IMG/VR virus record: IMGVR_UViG_3300010283_000004
Location: 1-46,729 of that record
DNA: 46,729 nt
Direction: 5' to 3' (one strand)
Source: a virus
Positions 1-7,085 of this stretch are shown here, one piece after another; the first letter of the stretch is position 1; every line of letters starts with the position of its first letter. The notes under the pieces are model-generated. The model saw only the letters and a program-made list of their open reading frames with translations, made no database searches and had not been told where the DNA came from. A program made the position numbers and the translations under genes.

Positions 1-123
1 AATTACAATAGATGTAGCTTAGTTGCTTCAATCCCTTATTTAAGGCAGTTTTCAACTAATATAAATGAAATCTTATGGCTGTAAAATACCTATGATGAAG
101 CCAATTCTATTGACGAGCCATGT
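1..123. repeat. Direct terminal repeat, left copy (identical to 46607..46729)
   Basis: Read directly: aattacaatagatgtagctt...ttgacgagccatgt is present at both window ends with no mismatch. This indicates a circularly closed or terminally redundant unit of 46,606 bp. Confidence 0.95.
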
Positions 124-242
124 GGAAACTGTGGTGCTGCTAAACCGCATGAATACGGCATTTTAAGGGTTTCAGAGGGGCGAAAAACTGTATTTTGTGG
201 CCCTCGTGTGGCCGAAAATTTTAGATGGCCACAATTTAATAG

Positions 243-297
243 CAAAAAACAAAACGCTCAGACAGCAAATAATTGTTGTCTGGGCGCCTTTTTTTGT
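243..297 (-). terminator. Rho-independent terminator downstream of the integrase gene (hairpin has A/T runs on both sides, so potentially bidirectional)
   Basis: 12-bp stem cgctcagacagc / gttgtctgggcg (255..286, two G-U pairs). It is flanked by an A-run at 243..254 and a T-run at 289..296. It lies immediately 3' of the int stop at 298. Confidence 0.7.
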
Positions 298-1572
298 TTA
301 TTTTTGAACCGCCTTTTCAAAGATTTCTACTGATTGATTTCTCAGGTAGTCGGTATTGTGGGTATATGTATTAAGTGTTGTTTCTATGTTGCAGTGTCCT
401 AAACGCTCCTGCACGTCCTTTATATTGGCACCGTTCTCAATAAGCGTTGTAGCATGTGTGTGCCTCAGTGAATGGTAGTTGAAATTTATCTTCAGCTCAT
501 AGTGGATTGCACGGCTGCAGTACTTCATGCTGTCCATGCTCAGCATCTGGCCGTTCTCTCTTACGTTAATCATATCCACGGACTCAAGAGGGCAGGGAAC
601 TCCGGCTTCAATTTCTATGAGCCGGTAAATGGTATCGCCCTTCTCGTCCTGCTCCGGCTTTTTGTAGATTTTTGTGTAGTATTCGTCATAGAAGGCTTTG
701 TTGGCCATTTGCCGGTCGTAAGCTTTTTTCAATGCAGCACAGAGGGTATCACCGATATTGATGATGCGGTTGGACTTGAAAGTTTTTGTGCTGTTGAAAT
801 ACCAGGCGCTTTTCTCTTCCTTCTTGCCCTTCTTCTTCAGAACTTCCCTTACATCTGCGCCACAGTTGCGCTTAAGCAAAGCCTTGCTGATATTTATGGT
901 CTGATTATCAAAATCGACATCATTCCAAGTAAGGCCAAAGCATTCGGAAATTCTTACGCCGGTATAGTAGCCGATCATAAGCGGAATATAAAAATTAGAG
1001 CCTTCCGGAAAGCGCTCTATAATCTGCTTAAACTGCTCCGGTGTAATGATGTACCGGGTTTCCTTCTTGGGTGCCGTATCCTTGGGGATTCTTACGTTAT
1101 TGCATGGATTATATTGGATGTACTTCAACGGCTCAACAGCATAATCCAGCGCTGCAGAGAGCGTGGAGAAGATACCGACGATGCTTGCCCTGCTGAGGCC
1201 GCGCAGCTTCAGAGAATTTACGAATTCCTGAACGGCGGAAGGGGTGAGGGCTTTTAACCGGTACATTCCTAGGCTGGGCTTCAGGTGATTTTCGATAGTA
1301 TAAAGATAGCCAAGCTGGGTATTATATTTGAGGTTCATTTTGCAGTAAGTATCAATCCAACTGTCCAGATAATCCGCAACGGAAATGCTGGAAAGATTGA
1401 AAGTCTGACCGCTTTCGTTGTATTCTGCCAGCGCCCTGGTTCCGACTTCCACGGCTTCCTTTTTCGTTTTAAAGCCGGATTTGGAAACACGCTTACGCTT
1501 GCCATCGACGGAAGCAGCTTCGAAACGGTACTGCCATTTATCGCCGCGTTTTGTTACGTTTAATGTTGACAT
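298..1572 (-). CDS. int: Tyrosine recombinase (phage integrase)
   Basis: 424 aa. The C-terminus HSLRHTHATTLIENGANIKDVQERLGHCNIETTLNTYTH carries the H-x-x-R ... H ... Y catalytic signature. The N-terminus KRGDKWQYRF...GFKTKKEA resembles an arm-type DNA-binding domain. An SD (aaggag) precedes the ATG. Confidence 0.95.
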   Translation of the reverse strand: MSTLNVTKRGDKWQYRFEAASVDGKRKRVSKSGFKTKKEAVEVGTRALAEYNESGQTFNLSSISVADYLDSWIDTYCKMNLKYNTQLGYLYTIENHLKPSLGMYRLKALTPSAVQEFVNSLKLRGLSRASIVGIFSTLSAALDYAVEPLKYIQYNPCNNVRIPKDTAPKKETRYIITPEQFKQIIERFPEGSNFYIPLMIGYYTGVRISECFGLTWNDVDFDNQTINISKALLKRNCGADVREVLKKKGKKEEKSAWYFNSTKTFKSNRIINIGDTLCAALKKAYDRQMANKAFYDEYYTKIYKKPEQDEKGDTIYRLIEIEAGVPCPLESVDMINVRENGQMLSMDSMKYCSRAIHYELKINFNYHSLRHTHATTLIENGANIKDVQERLGHCNIETTLNTYTHNTDYLRNQSVEIFEKAVQK

Positions 1573-1628
1573 AAAAATCAGCTCCTTTGCTTAAAATTGG
1601 GTGTAGTGTAGCAGAGCTGATTAAAATC

Positions 1629-1637
1629 TGATATAAT
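1629..1637 (+). promoter_or_regulatory. Extended -10 promoter (TGaTATAAT) pointing towards the small ORF at 1773
   Basis: tgatataat at 1629..1637. It is embraced by the inverted repeat gagctgatt (1614..1622) / aatcagctc (1647..1655), with a third aatcagctc copy at 1576..1584 over the int RBS. Confidence 0.45.
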
Positions 1638-1681
1638 CATAGATGTAATCAGCTCTTTTGTGGCGAAAGGCGGTTACGTTG

Positions 1682-1742
1682 AGCGTGCTGGTAACACGTT
1701 CTTGCAGGTCCCTCGGTGCTGGTAACACCGGGGGATTTTCTT
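1682..1742 (+). promoter_or_regulatory. Twin stem-loops with identical loop CTGGTAA; the second is followed by a T-run (leader terminator/attenuator candidate)
   Basis: gtgctggtaacac occurs twice (1685..1697 and 1716..1728), 31 bp apart. The second extends to a 9-bp stem (1710..1734) followed by attttctt. Confidence 0.4.
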
Positions 1743-1772
1743 AAAGAAATATTTTAGAAAGGGGATAAGGTC

Positions 1773-1982
1773 ATGTTGAGAAGTATAATATCATTTATCA
1801 GTGTATTTATGCTTTTTGCAAGTTTAATAAATATTGTGTTAAGCGTTTTGGTTTACTATGCTTTTCACGATTACTGTTATGAATTTATATTTATCAGATG
1901 GCCTATGTCTGCTGGTATAGTTATTTGGTTACTTTGGACTGAGAAGCTGACTATAAACAATATTAGGCTTCGTCGTCATTGA
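1773..1982 (+). CDS. Small hydrophobic protein (about two TM segments), hypothetical
   Basis: 69 aa. An SD-like aaggggataagg lies upstream of the ATG. Two hydrophobic stretches are present. It is convergent with the 335-aa gene and overlaps it by 20 nt. Confidence 0.4.
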   Translation: MLRSIISFISVFMLFASLINIVLSVLVYYAFHDYCYEFIFIRWPMSAGIVIWLLWTEKLTINNIRLRRH

Positions 1983-2970
1983 TATTCTTTATTTGTAATT
2001 GTTTTTTACAGCTTTGCATTTTAGCATTGTCTATACTTTTACCATTATTGTAAGCATTTAGAATTTTTACTATTGCACCAGCTAAGCCTCCGGTGGATAC
2101 TTCTCCGGAGGTTTTTTCTTTTGTGTGCTCAAATTTAGCTTTACCACCGAATAATCCTATTGACATTACTGCTATTGCAAGTATGTTTGTCGCAGAGCCT
2201 AAAAATTCAATAACGCCGGGTGATTGCACATTGATTTTACTGTCGATTTCATTTTCAAGATTTTTACAGTCGTCAATGATTTCATATTCTTTGATGAATG
2301 CTTCAGTACGCTCTATTAACCCTAGCATAAATGTCGGAATAGATAATGCCTTGGGATTTGTTTTGGATTCAACAGTAAAAGTAAGGTGTGCAATGCCATC
2401 TTTTATATATAAAGTATGGAGTGCTCGATCAATGTAACTAGCATAGCTTTTACCGTCAGAAATTACCTGATGATTTCTAAATAAAGCATATAAGTGTGGG
2501 TCTATGCGCGCTTTGTCAATATTAACTATCCAGTTTACGTGACGTCGACGCGTATAAGGACAAGCACCGTTTTCTATATCATCGTCGGTTATGTTTTCTT
2601 CAATATAGACTTCATCGTCTGAAATATAGCCAAACGCTAAATTTAAGGATGAGGTTGAAGGGATTACAACAACGTCGCCTTTCTTCATTTCTTTGTAAAA
2701 ACGTTTAATTTGATTAAGAACTCTGGTAGGCTGCTTATGTCCTTTGCTCTCTAAATCTTTGATTAAATCTTCCGGATAGCAGCCTTTTTCATCAGGTTTA
2801 GTGAAAGGTATTGTGTTCCAACCTAAACCTATATAGTTTCCGCTTACATAAGCATCAAAATAGTTGCCGCCATCTGTGCGAACAAACCAATAGTTTCTTT
2901 TGGAATCTACTTCATGTATTTTGACACCGTTTTCTTTCAAGAATAATTTTAATTCTTCTGTTTTATCCAT
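1963..2970 (-). CDS. Hypothetical 335-aa cargo protein (candidate exclusion/abortive-infection factor)
   Basis: Strong SD (aaggagga). It looks AT-rich relative to its neighbours and lies between immA and int. The N-terminus YWFVRTDGG..YIGLGWN ... KKGDVVVI ... RRRHVNW resembles small PUA/EVE/Mrr_N-like sensor modules. The C-terminus has the hydrophobic Gly/Ala-rich segments ATNILAIAVMSIGLFGG and GGLAGAIV. Confidence 0.75.
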   Translation of the reverse strand: MDKTEELKLFLKENGVKIHEVDSKRNYWFVRTDGGNYFDAYVSGNYIGLGWNTIPFTKPDEKGCYPEDLIKDLESKGHKQPTRVLNQIKRFYKEMKKGDVVVIPSTSSLNLAFGYISDDEVYIEENITDDDIENGACPYTRRRHVNWIVNIDKARIDPHLYALFRNHQVISDGKSYASYIDRALHTLYIKDGIAHLTFTVESKTNPKALSIPTFMLGLIERTEAFIKEYEIIDDCKNLENEIDSKINVQSPGVIEFLGSATNILAIAVMSIGLFGGKAKFEHTKEKTSGEVSTGGLAGAIVKILNAYNNGKSIDNAKMQSCKKQLQIKNINDDEA

Positions 2971-2981
2971 AATAATCCTCC

Positions 2982-3040
2982 TTTATAACTACTTTCTTCC
3001 CCACCGTCAGCATCCAGCTGGCGGTATTTTTTATTTTTTA
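2982..3040. repeat. Cassette-boundary repeat copy 1 (tttataact...accgtcagc-loop-gctggcggt-T run)
   Basis: Hairpin 3003..3025 with the same 9-bp stem as copy 2, followed by a T-run on the plus strand. It sits just upstream (minus sense) of the 335-aa gene RBS. Confidence 0.7.
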
Positions 3041-3846
3041 GGTTTATCAAGCTGCTTGATACTTTCGCTTGGCGTAGGCAATTTCTCTGGCATTGTGCCG
3101 CCGAGTTCTTCAATAGTTTTGCGAACGGTACGACCGACTTCGTAATGCACTTTGTTGGCAGCTTCTTTGCTACTGATATTCTCACGGCGCAGTTTGTCTT
3201 CTGCCTGAGTGATGCGGAACAGGTTCGCACCGAGTTCCACACTGCCCATGTGGTCTAAAATCTCTTGATTAGGTTTAAGCTTCTTGCGACGTTTTATATC
3301 GCCAGCGGTTTCACCGCCATAAAGTCCCATGTAACCGCTATTTTGGAATTTGGCGAAGTCAAGGTTCGTTTTTACGCCTGCGGCAAAGGCTGCATCAGCG
3401 AGAGCAACGTTATGCTGTTTGATATTATTTCGTGCTTCAATGCGAGCGTCTATTTCCTTGTTGAAAGCCTCTGCTGCTTCAAGGTCATGGATATGGTCCG
3501 CACCGAGTTGCGCGAGCCACTGCTTGAATGGTTCGGCTTTAGGCGAGGGGATAGATTGGATAATACGCAGAATACCTTCTGTATTTGCGGTGTCAGTGAG
3601 ACGCATTTTCCCATCTTCTGCAAGCAATTTCAACCTGTGACAATTTGTCACGGTTTCATTACCTTCTGCCTTCAGTCTTTGCTTTAGCTTGCGCCAATAA
3701 GCTGATTTATCCGCGCTGTCGGTCAATGCACCGACAACATCGACAACAGAAAAGAACCATTCTCCGGCTTCATCGTTCCAAATGGAGCGAATTTGCGCAC
3801 TCTGAAACAATTTTACATCTTTCATGTCTTCATTCCTCGCTTTCAT
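3031..3846 (-). CDS. dinD: DNA-damage-inducible protein D homologue (BRO-N-like N-terminus plus DinD C-terminal domain)
   Basis: FAKFQNSGYMGLYGG...RKKLKPNQEILDHMGSVELGANLFRITQAEDKLRR...VGRTVRKTIEELGGTMPEKLPTPSESIKQL is nearly collinear with E. coli DinD as I recall it. A better SD (gagga) precedes the internal ATG at 3825, so the true start may be Met8. Confidence 0.85.
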   Translation of the reverse strand: MKARNEDMKDVKLFQSAQIRSIWNDEAGEWFFSVVDVVGALTDSADKSAYWRKLKQRLKAEGNETVTNCHRLKLLAEDGKMRLTDTANTEGILRIIQSIPSPKAEPFKQWLAQLGADHIHDLEAAEAFNKEIDARIEARNNIKQHNVALADAAFAAGVKTNLDFAKFQNSGYMGLYGGETAGDIKRRKKLKPNQEILDHMGSVELGANLFRITQAEDKLRRENISSKEAANKVHYEVGRTVRKTIEELGGTMPEKLPTPSESIKQLDKPKK

Positions 3847-3848
3847 AA

Positions 3849-3900
3849 ATTTATAACTAAAATGTCTCCACCGTCAGCCTTGCGCTGGCGGTATTTTTTA
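3849..3900. repeat. Cassette-boundary repeat copy 2
   Basis: Hairpin 3870..3892 (accgtcagc / gctggcggt; loop differs from copy 1) followed by a T-run at 3894..3899. It sits just upstream (minus sense) of dinD. Confidence 0.7.
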
Positions 3901-4317
3901 CTTCTTCAGCACTTCCAGCCCCATCGGCACGCCGACCATGTCAGCAAGGCGGTGGATGGAAGTTTCCGGATACTGCTGCAGCAGCTCATCCGGCAGGAGC
4001 AACTCCACGGCGAAGGTGTTGGCCTGCCGTTCTATTTTCTCTATGCTGAAAAGGGTGTGGGCTTTGAGGAATGGCGTCGATACGCCTTTATGTAAAACAC
4101 TGTGGCCAAGCTCATGGGCGCAGGTGTATGCTTGCAATTCTTCGGATATGTTCTGGTTAATGATGATAAACTTAGAACGCTTATAAGTAGTGAAGTAGCC
4201 CCATGTGCTGCCAAGCTCTGCGTACATGACGATGATGTTCAGCAGCTGTGCCAGCTCAAAGGGGTTATTTGTTTTGTATTTATGTGTAAGCTGCTTCACA
4301 GCAGCCTTGATATCCAT
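3898..4317 (-). CDS. immA: ImmA/IrrE-family zinc metallopeptidase (anti-repressor protease)
   Basis: 139 aa with the HELGH (HExxH) motif. It lies immediately downstream of the XRE repressor on the same strand, the classic immR-immA pair. Confidence 0.9.
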   Translation of the reverse strand: MDIKAAVKQLTHKYKTNNPFELAQLLNIIVMYAELGSTWGYFTTYKRSKFIIINQNISEELQAYTCAHELGHSVLHKGVSTPFLKAHTLFSIEKIERQANTFAVELLLPDELLQQYPETSIHRLADMVGVPMGLEVLKK

Positions 4318-4321
4318 GATA

Positions 4322-4738
4322 TTATTCCTCTTCGTGGCGATATTTTTTAGGAGTGTATTTTTCTTTGGCGATTTTCTTAGCCAGACGCATGGTAGCCTGC
4401 AGGCTTGCTTTCAGGAGTTCTCTGTCTTCATCATCTTCAACGGTGCCGCCCATGGCAGCCATAGAGTTTTTGCTGTCGAGGTCGGCAAGCATTTTTTCGA
4501 GGTCGGCGGCGATTTGGCGTTCATCGCGGGGGGTGAGGGTGACGGATTGGTCTAACAGTGTATTCATATCAACGTTGAAGAAATCAGCTAGCAATTCCAA
4601 TACTTCATATTTGGGTTCTCGGTTGCCAGATTCATACATGCCTATTGCGCTTCGCGTAAGACCTGTTAATTTAGCTAATTCACCTTGTGTTAATCCCTTC
4701 TTTAGTCTGAGTGTTTTAAGCATTGTGTTAAATGGCAT
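4322..4738 (-). CDS. immR: XRE-family HTH repressor (ImmR/CI-like lysogeny repressor)
   Basis: The N-terminal LRLKKGLTQGELAKLTGLTRSAIGMYESGNREP is an HTH_3 motif. The gene is divergent from the cro-like gene. Confidence 0.9.
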   Translation of the reverse strand: MPFNTMLKTLRLKKGLTQGELAKLTGLTRSAIGMYESGNREPKYEVLELLADFFNVDMNTLLDQSVTLTPRDERQIAADLEKMLADLDSKNSMAAMGGTVEDDEDRELLKASLQATMRLAKKIAKEKYTPKKYRHEEE

Positions 4739-4767
4739 GATAAAGCTCCTTTCTAGTAACTATCTAA

Positions 4768-4796
4768 ATAATATCACGTAACGTGAATAATAGCAA
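4768..4796 (-). promoter_or_regulatory. Candidate repressor promoter (minus strand: TTGCTA, 17 bp spacer, TATTAT)
   Basis: On the reverse complement, ttgcta lies at 4791..4796 and tattat at 4768..4773 with a 17-bp spacer. Operator O1 fills the spacer. Confidence 0.55.
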
Positions 4797-4877
4797 GGGA
4801 AAAACTAGAAAAATGTCACGAAACGTGTTGACATTAAGAGAATGAAGTGGTATTATAAATTTAGTCACAAAACGTGA
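4774..4877. promoter_or_regulatory. Three operators with a 13-bp palindrome TCACG-N3-CGTGA (O1 4774..4786, O2 4816..4828, O3 4865..4877)
   Basis: tcacgtaacgtga, tcacgaaacgtgt and tcacaaaacgtga were read directly in the immR/cro intergenic region, overlapping both candidate promoters. Confidence 0.8.
4828..4856 (+). promoter_or_regulatory. Early lytic promoter (TTGACA, 17 bp spacer, TGgTATTAT)
   Basis: ttgaca at 4828..4833, a 17-bp spacer, tattat at 4851..4856, and a TG at 4848..4849 (extended -10). O2 abuts the -35 element and O3 lies downstream of the -10 element. Confidence 0.7.
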
Positions 4878-4899
4878 CAGAAAAAACGGAGGTGATAAA

Positions 4900-5106
4900 A
4901 TGAACGATGCTAAAACTATTGGAGAACGTCTTTTGAAATTGCGTCTTTCTGAAAAGAAAACGCAAAAAGAAGTGACTGAAGCCATTGGAATTAGCGTTTC
5001 AGCGTTAACTATGTACGAAACAGGGAATAGAATTCCTAGAGATGAAATCAAGGTTAAGCTGGCACATTATTATTCTACAAGTGTAGAACGTCTTTTTTAT
5101 GCCTAA
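4900..5106 (+). CDS. XRE-family HTH protein (Cro-like)
   Basis: 68 aa, LRLSEKKTQKEVTEAIGISVSALTMYETGNRIP. SD ggaggtg is present. It is the first gene of the rightward operon. Confidence 0.85.
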   Translation: MNDAKTIGERLLKLRLSEKKTQKEVTEAIGISVSALTMYETGNRIPRDEIKVKLAHYYSTSVERLFYA

Positions 5107-5111
5107 TTGTG

Positions 5112-5124
5112 ACACGTATCGTGA
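5112..5124. promoter_or_regulatory. Fourth operator-like palindrome (acacgtatcgtga)
   Basis: 12 of 13 positions match the TCACG-N3-CGTGA consensus. It lies directly after the cro-like stop codon. Confidence 0.5.
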
Positions 5125-5144
5125 CAACAAAAAGGGGGCGCGAA

Positions 5145-5915
5145 ATGAATAACTTGCAAATTTTTAAAAGTCCTGACTTTGGGCAGGTTCGTACCATTCA
5201 GCAAAATGGAGAGCCGTGGTTTATCGGCAAGGACGTGGCAGAGATTTTGGGATACAAAAAGCCTGAAAATGCTATCGCTGTTCATGTTGATGATGAAGAT
5301 AAAACCACTACCCTAATTCAGGGGACTGGTTCTAATTATAAAAGTAATGCTGTCATCATCAACGAAAGCGGTCTTTACTCTCTCATCCTCTTCAGCAAGA
5401 TGCCCAAAGCAAAGGAATTCAAGCGCTGGGTGACAAGCGAAGTCATTCCGGCAATCAGAAAGACCGGAAAGTACGAAGCTATGGCGCAGGCGGTTCCTAT
5501 CAACGATGAGCCTGTCACGGACTTCACGCAGCTGGAATTTGACCAGCGCATACGCATTGCAGCCATCATCGCAAGCTGCCGCCGCGAACGCCTGCCTCTG
5601 GTGGCGAAGGTGCTTTCCATCGACCTTGAGGAAATGATGCCGCTGATGCCGGCGCATATTACTGAGGCAGAGCAGGCCGCGTACCGGTACATCTCCAGCG
5701 TGTATGACTCGCTGGAACGTGACACGCCGATTCAGTACTTTTACACCGCTTATACAAAATGGTGCATGGAACAGAGCCTGCTGCCGTTGACGAAACACGG
5801 TGTCACAAAGGTTTTAAAAAAATACTTTCCGGTGCAGACCGTTGCCACGTCATATTATGAAAACGGCACCCGCGTGATGGGGTGCTGCAGGTGTTATCGG
5901 AAGATGGGGAGGTGA
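5145..5915 (+). CDS. BRO-N domain antirepressor-type protein
   Basis: MNNLQIFKSPDFGQVRTIQQNGEPWFIGKDVAEILGY...SGLYSLILFSKMPKAKEFKRWVTSEVIP is a BRO-N/KilA-N-like N-terminus. The start was moved to the ATG at 5145, which has SD aaaggggg. Confidence 0.8.
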   Translation: MNNLQIFKSPDFGQVRTIQQNGEPWFIGKDVAEILGYKKPENAIAVHVDDEDKTTTLIQGTGSNYKSNAVIINESGLYSLILFSKMPKAKEFKRWVTSEVIPAIRKTGKYEAMAQAVPINDEPVTDFTQLEFDQRIRIAAIIASCRRERLPLVAKVLSIDLEEMMPLMPAHITEAEQAAYRYISSVYDSLERDTPIQYFYTAYTKWCMEQSLLPLTKHGVTKVLKKYFPVQTVATSYYENGTRVMGCCRCYRKMGR

Positions 5916-5921
5916 GGAAAG

Positions 5922-6284
5922 ATGGATTTTAAAACGCCTAAAAGATTTAGACAAGCTCCCAGCAAGCTGATGCTACCGTATGAAAAACGGTTTTGGGGAG
6001 ATGTGGATCCCGAAATAATGTGTTATGCCCGTAATTTAATCTGGTACGTATCTGAACATATTAATGATACGGTTTTATTGGACTCTGAGCTTGTGACACT
6101 TGCCATGTATGACCTTATAAAAATATTTGAGTATCTTATTCCGTTTACAGCAAAAGCTGCAATGAAGAACGGTAATGATGATCGTACATTGCAGCTTTCG
6201 AGTGAAGATAAAATTAAACTTCGTGAAGGCCTAATTGATGTGTTTTCCCATCTTCAAGACCAGGCAAAGAACCGTAACGCTTAA
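5922..6284 (+). CDS. Hypothetical protein
   Basis: 120 aa with a strong SD (ggggaggtgagg). It looks AT-rich. Its 3' end overlaps the convergent ORF 6214..6633 by 71 nt. Confidence 0.55.
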   Translation: MDFKTPKRFRQAPSKLMLPYEKRFWGDVDPEIMCYARNLIWYVSEHINDTVLLDSELVTLAMYDLIKIFEYLIPFTAKAAMKNGNDDRTLQLSSEDKIKLREGLIDVFSHLQDQAKNRNA

Positions 6285-6633
6285 CTAAAACAGCATGAAC
6301 GTCTTCGCCAAAGCTTTCTAAGAATGACTTTTGATGAAGCAGCTTTGCAAAATATGTTTTTTCGGGAATTGCTAAATTTATTTCATCTAAAGAAACCATG
6401 TTCCTGAAAAATAATATTTTCATAACTTCTTCAGCAGCTTCTATACGCTGACTAAGGGAAAGACTTTTGTTGCTTAGCTGTTCTCGGCGAGTACGCTTTA
6501 TTCTTTCTCTCTCAGCATAAGTATAGGAATATCCGCATTTTGCCGCTGCTGCAAGAAATTTTAAATGATTTTCAGCATGGCTTTCATCAAGAATTTCGTT
6601 GCCACAAATATTACAAATCACAATAATCACCAC
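6214..6633 (-). CDS. Hypothetical protein encoded against the operon direction
   Basis: 139-aa ORF with SD aaaggtgg; a GTG at 6621 is the more likely start. An own extended -10 (tgatataat on the minus strand) lies at about 6642..6650. One CxxC is present near the N-terminus. Confidence 0.5.
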   Translation of the reverse strand: MVIIVICNICGNEILDESHAENHLKFLAAAAKCGYSYTYAERERIKRTRREQLSNKSLSLSQRIEAAEEVMKILFFRNMVSLDEINLAIPEKTYFAKLLHQKSFLESFGEDVHAVLVKRYGSLPGLEDGKTHQLGLHEV

Positions 6634-6673
6634 CTTTCTATAAGGTTTATTATATCACGGAGGTGATTCACGG

Positions 6674-6877
6674 ATGCAATCATTCAATCCGAATGAGCCG
6701 GTAAAAGCAATAATTGCGGCGCTGCATGAAGCGCGCGTGCCAATAGCGGCTATCGACAATGTTTTTGAATTAGTCAAAGCGGATATAAAAAATCATACCG
6801 TTCCTTATAACCCAAGTTTAGACAGCGCTAAATCTTTAGCGACTTCAGCAACTACAGAGGTGAAAAGCCAATGTTGA
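6674..6877 (+). CDS. Hypothetical protein
   Basis: 67 aa with SD ggaggtg 8 nt upstream. Confidence 0.6.
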   Translation: MQSFNPNEPVKAIIAALHEARVPIAAIDNVFELVKADIKNHTVPYNPSLDSAKSLATSATTEVKSQC

Positions 6878-7068
6878 CAATCAAAGCAAAAATGCCTTCG
6901 GCAAGCCTTGCTGAAATCAAGCAGCTTGCTAAAGGCATAAATGAAATAGAAGCAAGCTTATGTGTAAACATAGACTTGCTTCTGGAGGTTAATCAAATGT
7001 TACTTGATGGTGATGTACAAAACGTCGTTGCTGTTGCAACAGATTGTGGCGTCACCAACAAAGGTTAA
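6871..7068 (+). CDS. Hypothetical protein
   Basis: 65 aa with SD gaggtg. It shows coupled overlap with the preceding gene. Confidence 0.55.
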   Translation: MLTIKAKMPSASLAEIKQLAKGINEIEASLCVNIDLLLEVNQMLLDGDVQNVVAVATDCGVTNKG

Positions 7069-7085
7069 GGCAAGGAGATGAGATT

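Noticed and set aside
1-123. Reading the terminal repeats as attL/attR of an integrated prophage.
   Set aside because: No host sequence lies outside the repeats, and the window begins and ends exactly at the repeat boundaries. This is the signature of a circular or terminally redundant contig.
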